Below are positions 27,429 through 38,608 of a stretch of 61,342 nt of DNA, in pieces. Within the stretch, counting starts at the first letter, position 1, and every line of letters starts with the position of its first letter. The notes under the pieces are model-generated. The model was not told the origin of the DNA. It ran no database searches and saw nothing but the letters and a program-made list of their open reading frames with translations. The position numbers and the translations under genes are program-made. The stretch comes from a virus (lineage: Duplodnaviria > Caudoviricetes), in IMG/VR virus record IMGVR_UViG_3300036045_000010, positions 1 to 61,342 of that record; one strand, given 5' to 3'.

Positions 27429-27550
27429 CCGAGCGAGGGAGCAACCAAGGGGGAAAACTGGCTGGTCGTGTGACTATCATAAGTCTCCCTCCAGTGGAAT
27501 GGAACCCCCAAAGTGCGCTGATTGCGCAACACCTTCGGGATTTTTCCCAC

Positions 27551-27593
27551 CCCATGGCCGGTTTTCGGCTCAACTGGCCATGGGGTCTTTTTT
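27551..27593 (+). terminator. intrinsic terminator for + strand middle genes
   Basis: CCCATGGCCGGTT...AACTGGCCATGGG followed by TCTTTTTT. Confidence 0.65.
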
Positions 27594-27609
27594 AGACTTT
27601 TGTCCTTAC

Positions 27610-30600
27610 TTAGAGAACCAACGCGCCCACCGGATGCAGGGTCGGCGAGTTGAGGCCCATTTCCGGGCCGAACGCATAGCCGAGCCGGCCGTCCAACGCG
27701 CTTCCGAGCGCCGAGCCGTCCCAGATGGTCTGCACTCCGAGAAGCGCGTCCCCGCCGGCGAACATGGTCATCGCCGACAAAGGCCGCTCGCGCAGCGTGC
27801 GCGCCACCACCGGCAGGATCCGCAGCTTGTAGTTCAGGAACCACGCGAGACCCATGGATTCCAGGAGATCCCGCGACCGTCCCGCCAGGCGGTTGTAGGG
27901 CACGAACTCTTCCATAATCCTGTCGAGCGCGGCTTCCCGACTCATTCCTCGCGTTTTCGTGAGATGGTCGTAAAGCACGGCTTTGGCGATGAAGTCGCCG
28001 TACTGCACCCCCTTGATCAATCCCTGATACAACGCCGTGTCCTTGGTGATCGCCAGGTTCTTGGCCACGGTCTTCGCTGTTTCCGGCAGACGATCGGCCG
28101 CCCAAGAAAAAAACTCTCCGAGCTTGCCGTTGCGGATCGCGATGTCGGCCTCGTCGAGTCCTTCGGCGATGGTGTTGAGCTCTCCCGCTTCCAAGAGCGG
28201 CTGGATCGACAGCTTGCTATTGGCCGCCTCCAGGAGCTCCACCCGGGTCTCGAGCCGCCGCATCGCCGCTGGATTCTTCAGAACTCCGGCCATCTGCACT
28301 TGGAGCTTCTGGATCTCCTCGCGGTTCTGAACGTAGGTCGTCACCTCCGCGAACTTGTTCCGCGATCCAGAAAGCACGTCGGAGATCGGCACTCCCACCA
28401 CCAGAAGGTGCGCCACGTTAGAGAGCACGTTCTGCACCGTGACCACCAGCGAGCGCACGATGATCGTCTCCTTGGCCCAGGCCACGCCCTCGCGCAGGAT
28501 CCGATCGCCCTGGCGCAGCCGCTTGAAGGCGTCGTTGCCGGCGATGAGCTCGGCCACCTTGCGCATCTTGGCTTGAGTCTCCGGCGACCAGCGGCTCACG
28601 CCGGTCCAGGGATCGGTCACGGTCGCCTGGCGAAAGCCGATCGCGTCGTCGACCATGTCCTGACGCACCCAGAACTCGCCCTGGCCGAAGGCGTCTTCGA
28701 TGTCACGCCGCATCCGCCACCCCATGGTGGCGAATGCGTCGCGCACCACCGGATCCTTTTGCTTCGGATCGGCCACGTTCACGAAGCCTCTCAGCTCACC
28801 GTTCTTTCGGGCCTGGTCGTAGATCCCTTTTAAGGTCTCGACCAACTCCTGGTTCACCTTGTCCGCGAGCTCCTCCTCCAGGATGCGGCCGACCCAGACC
28901 CCGAGCATTCGGCCCAGATGATCGTCCTTTTCCACCAGCGCGGTCTTCTCGGGATCCATGGTTCTCTCGTAGGCCGCGACGTTCCCCCCTTCGTCGAAGA
29001 TCGGCCGCAGATACTCTCCGGGCTTCAGACCGTCCAGGGAGCCCGGAGACGCCCGTCGCAGCTTTTGGGCGATGCGGGATACGCCGGCGCCAAGCAGCGT
29101 CCCTGCGGACGTCCCATCGAGCGTCAGGCCCGATCGGGCGTCCACGCCTTGCCAGGTGTCGTTCACCGTCTGGGCGACGCCCTGACGGAAAGCCCCACGC
29201 CCAGTCACCGTGCTCTGATAGTAGGCGAGGGGTTCACGAGCCATGTCGTTCCCGTCGCCTCGGTAGACGCCGATCTGCACATAGCCCCGGCTCAAGAGAT
29301 CGTCGTGGTCCTTGACCGGACGCACGACGACGGCATGCCCTTCTTTGGGCGTCGCCGGCGCATAGCCTTTCCAGCCGTTGTGCAGCGCCACCCGGTTGAT
29401 CCCGCCATGCCGATCTCGGCGCGTGATCTCCGAAGCCCGGGCGACGCGCAAAAAGCCGGTGACCGCCTGCAGGCCTTCGGGCTCGACCGCAGCCAGCTTT
29501 CCCAGCTGATCCCTGGTCGCCTGATCCGTCTCCATCCAGGCATAGAGGCTGGTCAGCCGATCGATCATGCTCACGACATCGTCGCTTGGAGTGAGCGCCT
29601 TGCCTTTCGACAGAGCTTCTCCGAGCAGATGCGCGATCGCATAAGCGTTAGCCAACAGGTTCTGCGACGTGTTTCGTCCAGTCGTCATGTAGACGGCCAG
29701 CGCCTTCGCTTTGCTCATGTACCGACCGGCGAGCCCGCTTCCCACTTCCTTGTCGAGCTGGGCCTCGAGCTTGCGAATCTCGCGCTGAGCCCAGCGCGGA
29801 TCGCCCAGGAGCGCCAGCGTCGCTTCGTGCCCAAGCGCCAGCAGATCCGTTTTGGCGAGGCCTCGATGCATCGCGCTCCAGATCTCGGGCTCGAGGCGTT
29901 TCGTGAAAGCCGCGGCGAGATGCCGCGGGATGCCTTCGCGGCTGTCCTGGCGCATGCTGTCGATCTTGGCCTTGGCCGGATTGATCAGCCGCCACAGCGG
30001 CGCGTTGTCGTCGTTCATGCCGCGCACGTCGGTGTAGAGGCTGCGCAGGGTGTGCCAGCCTTCGGCGTCGTTGAGCATCTTCGACAGCGCCGCTCCGGTG
30101 GCGTTCGCGGTTTCGCTCGAACCAAGGGATGCGGCGTACTGGAGCGTCTGAATCAGCCCCCGCACCGGCTTGGAGGCGTCCCGCCGCTCCGCCGCCTGGC
30201 CCATTTCGTTCAGAGCTTCGGTCGCCTTCTTGGCTCCCGTGGAGATCTTCTCGGCCACGTAAGCGTTAGCCGCTTCGACACCTTGACCAAAAAATCCCGA
30301 CATTTCCTGGAGTTGAGCAAGCCCAAACCGCGACCGCTCCACCGCGGTCAGCGCGCCAGAGAGCGCGTCGAGCTCGGCCCCCATGTTTTCCTTGGTCAAC
30401 CGCGGCGACAGCGACAAACGGGTGATGAGGTTGACCAACGCCCGGCCAAGGCTCTGCATCCAGGCGTCCACCGAGTTCCAGCGCAGCTCCACGGTCCGCG
30501 GCGGCTTCATCGAACCAAGGATCGCCCGCATCAGCGGACTGGTCTGGGACAGTCCCAGAAACGCCGCCAGCTGATCGCCCCCTTGTTTCCCGCTTTCAGC

Positions 30601-33600
30601 GAAAAACGCCGTCACCTGTTTCGCTCGAAGCTGTTGCGCCGGCGTCGCTTCGTTCGGCGTCTCCACTCCCATGGCGCGCAACACCGTCTCGGGACTCAGC
30701 ATCGTCGCCACGTGATTCAGCGCTTCCTCGATATGGCGCCGCACCGGCTTGCCGACCGCCAGACCCGACGAAGCCGCGGCGTAAACCGCCTCGAACGCCG
30801 AGAGCTCTCGAAAATTCAACTCCAGTCCGTACGCTGCCGCACGCGCAGCCATCTGCCGCGCTTCGAGGATCTTAGCGCTGATCCGTCCCCGAGCCGCTTC
30901 CGGGGTCGTCTCGGAGATCATGCCCCGCAAGAGGTTGGCGAGCCTTCCCAGATAGAGATTCTCCACTACGTTGAGCCGAGAATCCTCGCCGTAGACTTGC
31001 TCGAGCGCCCGCGTCGCCTCGTCCCGGATGAGAGCCGCATCCCACGCAGGCTCCTGCGCCAGCAGGAGCCGCGCGTTGAACCGGACGTTGGAATAGAGCG
31101 TCGCTCCCGGCGCGCCCTTGATCCCCAGAAGCCGCTTGATCCACCGCATCGCCTGGGACACCACGCTGGTGAGCCCCTGGTAGCTCGGTGTCGTCTTTGT
31201 CTTGGCGATCAGTCCGGGATTGGACAGAACGTAGGAGACGAATTCTCCAATCTGGCTTGCTCGATCCCCTTCATAACCGCGCACGATGCTTTGCAACACG
31301 CGCAACGCTTTGGCGTCCGGCGCGTTCAGGCCGAACGTGGTGAGCTCCATCGCGTCCGCCATCAGCTTCTCCAGTTGAGACACCGCATGTCTCACGTGGG
31401 GAGCGGAACTCTCAGGAGCCTGGTAATGATCGACGAGGATCCGGTCGGTGTAGAGATGCAGCAGCTCGTGCAACGCCGTCTCAGGCGCCATGTTCGCCAC
31501 GTAGACGAGATCCGACGGGCCGCCCATGATCGATTGACCGAGTTGGAGCGCGCCTCCGGCGTAAGCCTCGCCCTGGGAGTCCCGATGTGGGACCAGAGCT
31601 TCGGTGGAACCAAAAAAGACTCGAGCCGTCGCAGGCAGCTCCCCAAGCGTCGCAAGCTCCTTCGCGAGACTTTGCTGCTCGACCGTGGCGCCGGTGGCCG
31701 CGACGGGGCCTTGCAGGAGCCGCATCAGCTCCCGCGCCGAGACCTCGATCAGTTCGGGATGCCCGTCCACCGCCTGGCCGATCTGGCGCAGAGACGCCTC
31801 GAGCTCCGCAGTCGGCGCCTGCGCATAGCCCGACGCGGTCTCGCGGGGAGAAGACCCGGCCGCCGCCGACGCCTCGATCTGGGTGAGCTCCTCGACGTAG
31901 AGCCCGTTCAGCATGGCGGCGACGCCGCCGAAGTCGGTGGGGTCTCCGGAGAGCAGAGCCTTGCCTTCCTGGAAGCTTGGCTCCTGGGCCCCGGCCATGT
32001 GGTCGGCGGAGATCCCGGCCCGCTTCATCACGGCGACCCGAGCGGCGCGCTCCTGCGCCGCCAGCTCCAGCGTCTGATCGAAGCTCTGGAGCACGTCACG
32101 CAGATCGCCAACGACCTTGTACCGCTTGCCCAGCATCGCAATGCGCTTCTGGACCGAGACGGGTAGCGTCGCAATCCGTGCGTCCGAGAGCTGGGCCAGC
32201 ATCGTCGCGAAGCCCTTGCGCACGTCCCGATAGGGATTCGCCGCCTGCCAGGCGGCGAAGGTCTGGGCGTTGATTTGCCGCGAGGCCTCCCCGATCACGT
32301 CGAGTCCCATCTCCACGCCGTCGAAGACCGGGAGACTGGTCTCGAAGACGTCGGTCCCTTTGGTGTAGATGTTGAGGATCATCCGGCCGTCGCCGTTGCC
32401 GATGGTCAGGTACGGCGAGACCTTCACGCTGGCGTCCGCCGGCGCCACATAGGTGGCCACGGCCTTCAGCCGTCCGGTGAAGCTCGTGGCTACCGTCACG
32501 TTCGGGTCGTTCGTCTTTTCCGGCGCCGAGATGTGGAACTCCTGCACGTCGTTGCCGTAGATCGGCGCGAGCTTCATGGTCTCGGCGAAGACGTCGCGCA
32601 CCTCCTGCTCGGAGAGCAACGCTTTGGCGATCTTGCGCGGCTTGCGGCCTTCGGCCGCCGCCGCTTGCTTTTCCGCCTCCCGCATCGGCTCCAGCGTCGC
32701 GTCTTTCGCCGCCTGGGCCGTGGCGACCTTCTCCTGGAACGTGGCCTGGAAGACCAGAGTCTGGATCTCCGCGGCCGCCTGGAGGAACTTCATCTTGCCC
32801 TGGAGCCCGCCGGTGGTCGCGTCGATCGCCTCCACCATCGGCTCCACGAACTCCGCGAGGATCCGCTCCCGAAGCGCCGTCTGCATCTTGGGAGTGAACA
32901 CCGCTTCCTGGGGCTTCTTCAGCCAGGTCTCGAGCTGACTCATGTTTCCCGAAAAGAGCACCTCCGCCAGATCCCCCAGGAGTTCCGGGTTCTCCAAGAG
33001 CAGCGGATGCTCACGGATCCGCAGGCCCTTCTTGTCGTTCGCGATCAGCTCGGAGAGGAACTCCCCGATGCTTTCCTCGACCTGGCGCGCCACCTTGCCC
33101 GCAATGCCCGCGTCGCCCGAACCATAGAGGAAGACCGTCAGCGGGTTCTTGATGACGTTGCGTCCGACCAGCGCCTCTTTGGTTTTCGTCCCCTTGGCGG
33201 CGTCCTTCAGCTCGAAGGCAGGTAGGAACGCGTCGAGCACGCCGAGCGTCCCCAGCGACCCAGACGACCCAGACGAGGTCTTGGCTGCGATCGCCGCATT
33301 CAGCCCCAGCTCGAACCGAGCCGCGGCCATGTGGTAGATGTCTTCGCCGCCCTTGCCTTCGAGCGCGATGTAATCCGCCAGCGAGGTCGGCCGGTCACGG
33401 AAGAAGAGCCCGCCCTTGGCGAACAGCTCCAGCTCCTCGGGACGGAATTCCCCCATCCCCATGTGGATCATCGCGTTCACCGGGCCGTCGGTCTTGCCGT
33501 CGGCCTCCAGCGCCAACGCCGTCTCGAAACGCTCGGCTCCATCCCCACGAGCCACATTGAAGCGCGCCACGGTCAGGAGCGCATGCAATCCTTTCGTGGA

Positions 33601-36600
33601 GATCGCTCCGCCGACGCTCGCCGCGAAGGCCTTCGGATCGAGCCTTCCCGCCCGCTCGAACCCCTCGAGCAGCTTCACCGCCTCGCCGTAGCTCTCGTAT
33701 ACGTGGCGCTGCGCCTTGACCGGGATGTCGTCCCGGGACATGCGCTCGATCTTCAGATCCAGGGCCTGGGCCACCGCCGCCCAGAGCGCCCATTCGTGAC
33801 GGTCGGCGTTCGGCCCCGTCAGCTCCAGCGTCGCGTTGGTGCTCGAGATCAGCTCGCGGGCGATCTTGGAGCCCTGCGGCGTCACCGGGCCCTGCTGCTG
33901 CAAGCGCCCGACCGAGCTCACTCCCCAGGCAAAGCGGATCGGCACGCCGGCGGCGCCGGTTTCCGGCGACGCCAGGCGCTCGACCTCCTCCACATAGGCC
34001 AGCGTCTCGTCCAGGTCGTGCTCGATGGTCTGGTTCCGACCCTCGATCGATAGCAGGTGCATCGGGTTGTGGTTTGCCCGCGTCTCTTCCGTCAACGGCA
34101 CGTAGCCCTGGAGCGCCTTGTAGGCGTCGAGCCCCAGCGCTCGAACCAAGGCCACCATGGGGACGTTGACGAACGCCGGCATGGCCTGAAGCCGCTCCAC
34201 CGCCTGGATTTCCTGGCGGGAAAGCCGAGCCAGCCGGTTGTGCATCCGGGTCTGGCTCGGCGCTCCGGGCAGCACGCCTTCGCCGATGAAACGGTCACGC
34301 ACGCGCCCTTCGGTCAGCCGCTCGGTAAAGGGGGCGCGCAGCTTCACCAAAACCTGGAAGTCCGGGTTCTCGGCAAACTCTGGGCGCACCTGGAGCACCA
34401 TGGCCTGATGCGGCGCGCCGTCCTTCACGTAGCGCGCCATAGTCCAGGCGAGAATGCGCGGCTCCGTCACCGCGCCGTTCTCACCTTGCACGTCCATCAG
34501 GAGCTCGAGCGCGTTGACCGCCACCGAACGCAGAAGGCCTTGGCTCAACCGAATGTCGGCGCCGCGCTTGGGCTGGAGATCAAGAAGCCGCAGCATCGAG
34601 GCGGCGATCGCCTCCTGGGCCCCCATCTGGAGATGCCCTCCCAGAAGCGCCGCTTCGAGCTCGCGCGAGATTGCGTCGCCCCGCGACAGGCCGAGCATGG
34701 CGTTCATGTCCTCGGCATCGAGCGCTCGGGGCTTCTTCGCGTGCTGGGCGAGCCATTCGAAGGTGGCGAGGAACGCCGCCGCCATCACCTTCGGCTCCAG
34801 ATGCGGCGCGGTCACTCCGTCGTCCACCACCAGGTTGAGAGGCAGGCTCTCGGGAAAGCTCAAAGCCCGGGTCAGCTTCTCGGGCGCGCCCTCGAGACCT
34901 TTTGCCGCCATATGCGCGGCGATCGCCGCCTCCATCTTCTCGACGAACTCAGGGAACCCCCTTCGCAAGATGGCCTGCAGGCTGCGGATCTGTTCGCTAG
35001 GCAGGCCGCTCATTTCCAAGTCTTGATCGAGCCACTCGATCGGATCGGAGGCCTCCACCAGACGCGAGCCGTTACCCGCCGATCGAAAAGCCCCCAAAAG
35101 CGCCTGCTTGCCCTCCCAGTTCCGCGGCAAGCCCTTCTTCAACCGTTCAAACCAAACGTCTCCGGCGGAAGCGTCTTCGGTTTCCGTCGCCGGCGCATCG
35201 GTCTCGGCGTTTTCAGTTTCGACGGCTTCCCGAGCTTCTTTGGGACGCGGGGCGTCTTCGACTTCGGGGACGACTTCGAGAGAGGCTTCGGGAAAAACTT
35301 CGGAGACGGCATCGGGTTTTTCGACCTCCTCGGCCGTCGCCTCCGGCGCGGCCTCGTCGCTGGATTCGGGCTTGGATTTCGCTCGGGGCTTCGTGACCGG
35401 CACCTCACCGCCGAGATCGCGGATCTCGTCGTCGAGCCGTTGCAGCGTCGCTTCCCGCTCAAGCGCCTCACGCTCGGCCTCAGCGTAGTCCGGGCTTTCT
35501 GGATCCACGCCCTTCAGCGCCTTCTCGGCCTTGTTGCGTGCGGCGCGGGCTTTGCGATAAGCGGTGCGCAGCGCTTCGACGCGCAGCTCCCGCCGGCGCT
35601 TTTCGAGCTGGGAGGCAAGCTTTCGCTCGGTCGCCTCCGACACCGGTTTCGGTGCGGGGCGGGGCGTTCTTTTCCGCTGGATCATCCGCTTCGTACGCGG
35701 AGCAGGCTTTTCCGCCGGCTTCGGGCCGCCGATCGCTTTGGCGAGCGCCGGCACCTCTACCGGCGCCACCTCCATGCCAAACTGTTCGGCGAGCACGTTC
35801 ACCAGCTTCGCCGCGGCGGTAGCGTCCGCATGAGCGGCTCGGGCGAGCCCCAGGCTCTTCTCGGACTTGAGGTTCACGAAGACCGCGTCATTGGAGAAGA
35901 ACTGGCCATAGGGCCCGAAGGCCTCGTAACCCACCCGCTTACCGAAGCTCTCCCCCGGGGCGGCCGAGACGTTCATCGCCCCCACCTTATTGGCCAGCGT
36001 CTGGGCGAAGTCGCGCAGGTCCTGAAGCGCGTCCATGGCCTCTTCGTTGCGCCCGCTCAACGCCGCCACCACCACGTTGCCCCGGTGTTCGCGCAGCGAC
36101 GGCAGGTTGTTGCGGCTGTTGCCCCGCACCCGGATCTCTTCGGAGACGATGTCCTGCTGGGAGACGAGATCTCCGGCCCGATACCCAGGGTTCTCTTCTT
36201 CGATCGCCGATTTGGCTTCGGCCGCTTCTTCGAAGATTCGCGCTGCGTCCCGCGCGCCGATCAGCGCCTTCAGCACCGCTTCCGGAATCGCAGCCCCGTT
36301 TTCGCCGTCTTCCTGGTTCAGGACACGCTCGTAGTCTCGAGCGCCAAGAACGGTGGGATTGACCGCGAGCACGGTCTGAAGCAGTCCCGCGACCGCCGCC
36401 TGCATTTCAGGATCGGCTTCCGGATCGGCGATGAGCTCGATGGGCAGAAAAGCGTTCAGATCTTCGGCCGTCAGCTCCTCGATCGTTTCGATCGCCGCCC
36501 TCACTCTCGGCGAGGCCTCGAGCGTCGCGAGGCTCGTCCGCATCGCTTCGAAGCCGTTCCGCACCGGGCTTTCTGCGGGCAGCGCCTCCACATAGGCGAC

Positions 36601-38529
36601 GATCTCCGAAGCGCCGATCCGGCGCATCGCCTCCAACTGCTGGAGCACGCCCAACGCCATCATGGCCTTGCTCGAGCTCTCGCCCGCAGCCTCGGCCGCG
36701 TCCATCATGTCGGCGGTGAACTCCAACGCCTGGGCCCGGGTCAGCCGGGTATCGGGATTGGTGGCGAGCAATGCGGCCGCGCCTTCATGAACCTGAGACA
36801 GCCCGCTGACGTCGGCCTCGGACGCGTAGAGCCCTTCGTCGATCTTCGACACGATCGCCGTCACGGCCGCGGCGTCAGCCGCGGAGGGGGCGGCGGAGGG
36901 GGTTTCGTTTGGTGCGCCTTGGTTTGGTGTGGCGTCCTCGTTGGAAGGGGCGGTCAAGACAGGTTCGCTCAGAGTCGCCATCAGAGCTTCGCCTGAGGTT
37001 TGGAGCGTGGATCCCGCTTCCGTCCGGGCCTGCGCGCCCACCGGGCTCGAGGCTTCCCGCTCGGCCGCAAGCCGAGCTTCGCGTCGCGTGATCAGATCCG
37101 TGGCCGCTCGACGCCCGGCGCCCAAGGTAGCCGATCCCGCCTGGACCAGACCGTTCATCACGGCTCCCGGCGCTTGCAGCGTCACTCCCGCCGCCACGCC
37201 GCCCAGCATGCCCTGCGCGGCCGCTTCAGCCACGCCTTTGTCGAGATCCCGTTCCAGCCCGATCGCTTGGGCGCCCACATTCGTGGCCAGCTGGGCGTTG
37301 GCTTCCTGGAGCGTCTCCTCGAGACCTTCCCGACCGACGTTGAGCGCGGCTCCGGCCAGGGGAATTCGTCCGCCCACCCGCATCGGATAGGCCACCATGC
37401 CGCCGGCGAGCCGACCGGCCGCCAGAGCGCCCGGAGCCGCGGCGACACCCGCCACGGATCCCGCTTCCCTGGCCAGACGCATCTGCGCTTCCTCGTGGCT
37501 CAGACCGTCGGTCCGCAGCGCCTGGTAGGCCGGGCTCTGCCCCAGGCTCGTCTCGTCCTGGCCAAGAATGTCGAGTTGCGCCTGGTTGACCGCGCCGCCG
37601 GTCTCGGCCACGCCGGCCACCACCGGCGCCACCCGCAGCGTCGAGGCCTCCAGAAGCGCCCGACCCTCCGCGGTCTGCAGGCTCGCCTCCGCCGCCTGGT
37701 CCGTCAGTCCCCGACGCCGCAGCTCTTTCAGCGCCGCAGCCTTGCCCAGAGCTCGAGCGCCGACCGCCATCGGGATCATCGAGCCGATCGCCTCGGGCGC
37801 CAGCGAGCCTAGCATGATCGGATCGTCGGCGTAGTTTTCCACCGTTTCGGCGAACCCTTCACCCCAATTCACCAACGTCGGGCGGATCGCCCGATCCCAG
37901 GCGGAAGGTTCATTTTTCACGGCTTCGCGTCGAGCCGCGTCCCGCGCTTCCCGATCCTGGGAGTCGAGCTCGGCTTCCAGCCCGTGCTGCGCCCGACGTT
38001 CCTGCATCAACGGGCTCTGACGGCTCCCGAGCGCTTCTCCGGCCGCATCCAGCGCCTCCGAGGCTCGGGGCGACAGCGTGGTCCCGCTCACCTCGTCAAG
38101 GATGTTGAACCCCAACACCCCGACGCCGCCGGCGGTGTTCACCCCCATACGGACCGCGTCCAGAGCCGCATCCCCCGCCGTTTCGGCGGTCGTGCGTCGC
38201 CGAGCTTTGAGCCCTTCCAGCTCCATCATCGAGCGCGCGTACTCGGCCCGCAACCGCTCGGCCTCGTGCCCATACTTCGCGGCGAAGCTCACCGGATCCA
38301 GTTCGCGAATGTCCTGGATCTCGGGCGCATCGGCGAGCGCATTGCCCTGCAGCTCAGCGGTCGCGATGGTCCGGCGCTCCTCCTCCGTCCCGAGCAGCGC
38401 CATCTTCTGGAGCGCGCGTTCCTGGACCAGCGCTTTTTTGGTCTCCGTCACCGACCCGTCGCCAGCCGGAGCCTTCGTCGGAAGCGGAAGACCCATCCAA
38501 CGGGAGCCCGGAACGATCTGGTCAGCCAT
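27610..38529 (-). CDS. virion-encapsidated RNA polymerase (N4 vRNAP, gp50)
   Basis: 3639 aa; SSVGRLQ, LEADGKTDG (A), RNVIKNPLTVFLYGSG (B), LPVFDG (C); no Cys noticed by eye, as for N4 vRNAP. Confidence 0.96.
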   Translation of the reverse strand: MADQIVPGSRWMGLPLPTKAPAGDGSVTETKKALVQERALQKMALLGTEEERRTIATAELQGNALADAPEIQDIRELDPVSFAAKYGHEAERLRAEYARSMMELEGLKARRRTTAETAGDAALDAVRMGVNTAGGVGVLGFNILDEVSGTTLSPRASEALDAAGEALGSRQSPLMQERRAQHGLEAELDSQDREARDAARREAVKNEPSAWDRAIRPTLVNWGEGFAETVENYADDPIMLGSLAPEAIGSMIPMAVGARALGKAAALKELRRRGLTDQAAEASLQTAEGRALLEASTLRVAPVVAGVAETGGAVNQAQLDILGQDETSLGQSPAYQALRTDGLSHEEAQMRLAREAGSVAGVAAAPGALAAGRLAGGMVAYPMRVGGRIPLAGAALNVGREGLEETLQEANAQLATNVGAQAIGLERDLDKGVAEAAAQGMLGGVAAGVTLQAPGAVMNGLVQAGSATLGAGRRAATDLITRREARLAAEREASSPVGAQARTEAGSTLQTSGEALMATLSEPVLTAPSNEDATPNQGAPNETPSAAPSAADAAAVTAIVSKIDEGLYASEADVSGLSQVHEGAAALLATNPDTRLTRAQALEFTADMMDAAEAAGESSSKAMMALGVLQQLEAMRRIGASEIVAYVEALPAESPVRNGFEAMRTSLATLEASPRVRAAIETIEELTAEDLNAFLPIELIADPEADPEMQAAVAGLLQTVLAVNPTVLGARDYERVLNQEDGENGAAIPEAVLKALIGARDAARIFEEAAEAKSAIEEENPGYRAGDLVSQQDIVSEEIRVRGNSRNNLPSLREHRGNVVVAALSGRNEEAMDALQDLRDFAQTLANKVGAMNVSAAPGESFGKRVGYEAFGPYGQFFSNDAVFVNLKSEKSLGLARAAHADATAAAKLVNVLAEQFGMEVAPVEVPALAKAIGGPKPAEKPAPRTKRMIQRKRTPRPAPKPVSEATERKLASQLEKRRRELRVEALRTAYRKARAARNKAEKALKGVDPESPDYAEAEREALEREATLQRLDDEIRDLGGEVPVTKPRAKSKPESSDEAAPEATAEEVEKPDAVSEVFPEASLEVVPEVEDAPRPKEAREAVETENAETDAPATETEDASAGDVWFERLKKGLPRNWEGKQALLGAFRSAGNGSRLVEASDPIEWLDQDLEMSGLPSEQIRSLQAILRRGFPEFVEKMEAAIAAHMAAKGLEGAPEKLTRALSFPESLPLNLVVDDGVTAPHLEPKVMAAAFLATFEWLAQHAKKPRALDAEDMNAMLGLSRGDAISRELEAALLGGHLQMGAQEAIAASMLRLLDLQPKRGADIRLSQGLLRSVAVNALELLMDVQGENGAVTEPRILAWTMARYVKDGAPHQAMVLQVRPEFAENPDFQVLVKLRAPFTERLTEGRVRDRFIGEGVLPGAPSQTRMHNRLARLSRQEIQAVERLQAMPAFVNVPMVALVRALGLDAYKALQGYVPLTEETRANHNPMHLLSIEGRNQTIEHDLDETLAYVEEVERLASPETGAAGVPIRFAWGVSSVGRLQQQGPVTPQGSKIARELISSTNATLELTGPNADRHEWALWAAVAQALDLKIERMSRDDIPVKAQRHVYESYGEAVKLLEGFERAGRLDPKAFAASVGGAISTKGLHALLTVARFNVARGDGAERFETALALEADGKTDGPVNAMIHMGMGEFRPEELELFAKGGLFFRDRPTSLADYIALEGKGGEDIYHMAAARFELGLNAAIAAKTSSGSSGSLGTLGVLDAFLPAFELKDAAKGTKTKEALVGRNVIKNPLTVFLYGSGDAGIAGKVARQVEESIGEFLSELIANDKKGLRIREHPLLLENPELLGDLAEVLFSGNMSQLETWLKKPQEAVFTPKMQTALRERILAEFVEPMVEAIDATTGGLQGKMKFLQAAAEIQTLVFQATFQEKVATAQAAKDATLEPMREAEKQAAAAEGRKPRKIAKALLSEQEVRDVFAETMKLAPIYGNDVQEFHISAPEKTNDPNVTVATSFTGRLKAVATYVAPADASVKVSPYLTIGNGDGRMILNIYTKGTDVFETSLPVFDGVEMGLDVIGEASRQINAQTFAAWQAANPYRDVRKGFATMLAQLSDARIATLPVSVQKRIAMLGKRYKVVGDLRDVLQSFDQTLELAAQERAARVAVMKRAGISADHMAGAQEPSFQEGKALLSGDPTDFGGVAAMLNGLYVEELTQIEASAAAGSSPRETASGYAQAPTAELEASLRQIGQAVDGHPELIEVSARELMRLLQGPVAATGATVEQQSLAKELATLGELPATARVFFGSTEALVPHRDSQGEAYAGGALQLGQSIMGGPSDLVYVANMAPETALHELLHLYTDRILVDHYQAPESSAPHVRHAVSQLEKLMADAMELTTFGLNAPDAKALRVLQSIVRGYEGDRASQIGEFVSYVLSNPGLIAKTKTTPSYQGLTSVVSQAMRWIKRLLGIKGAPGATLYSNVRFNARLLLAQEPAWDAALIRDEATRALEQVYGEDSRLNVVENLYLGRLANLLRGMISETTPEAARGRISAKILEARQMAARAAAYGLELNFRELSAFEAVYAAASSGLAVGKPVRRHIEEALNHVATMLSPETVLRAMGVETPNEATPAQQLRAKQVTAFFAESGKQGGDQLAAFLGLSQTSPLMRAILGSMKPPRTVELRWNSVDAWMQSLGRALVNLITRLSLSPRLTKENMGAELDALSGALTAVERSRFGLAQLQEMSGFFGQGVEAANAYVAEKISTGAKKATEALNEMGQAAERRDASKPVRGLIQTLQYAASLGSSETANATGAALSKMLNDAEGWHTLRSLYTDVRGMNDDNAPLWRLINPAKAKIDSMRQDSREGIPRHLAAAFTKRLEPEIWSAMHRGLAKTDLLALGHEATLALLGDPRWAQREIRKLEAQLDKEVGSGLAGRYMSKAKALAVYMTTGRNTSQNLLANAYAIAHLLGEALSKGKALTPSDDVVSMIDRLTSLYAWMETDQATRDQLGKLAAVEPEGLQAVTGFLRVARASEITRRDRHGGINRVALHNGWKGYAPATPKEGHAVVVRPVKDHDDLLSRGYVQIGVYRGDGNDMAREPLAYYQSTVTGRGAFRQGVAQTVNDTWQGVDARSGLTLDGTSAGTLLGAGVSRIAQKLRRASPGSLDGLKPGEYLRPIFDEGGNVAAYERTMDPEKTALVEKDDHLGRMLGVWVGRILEEELADKVNQELVETLKGIYDQARKNGELRGFVNVADPKQKDPVVRDAFATMGWRMRRDIEDAFGQGEFWVRQDMVDDAIGFRQATVTDPWTGVSRWSPETQAKMRKVAELIAGNDAFKRLRQGDRILREGVAWAKETIIVRSLVVTVQNVLSNVAHLLVVGVPISDVLSGSRNKFAEVTTYVQNREEIQKLQVQMAGVLKNPAAMRRLETRVELLEAANSKLSIQPLLEAGELNTIAEGLDEADIAIRNGKLGEFFSWAADRLPETAKTVAKNLAITKDTALYQGLIKGVQYGDFIAKAVLYDHLTKTRGMSREAALDRIMEEFVPYNRLAGRSRDLLESMGLAWFLNYKLRILPVVARTLRERPLSAMTMFAGGDALLGVQTIWDGSALGSALDGRLGYAFGPEMGLNSPTLHPVGALVL

Positions 38530-38608
38530 GGAACGAAGCCTCCGAGGAAAATGGGTCAGTAGTTCTGACCATTATTCCCCATCAGAGGCGTCCCGTCCAT
38601 TCAGGAAA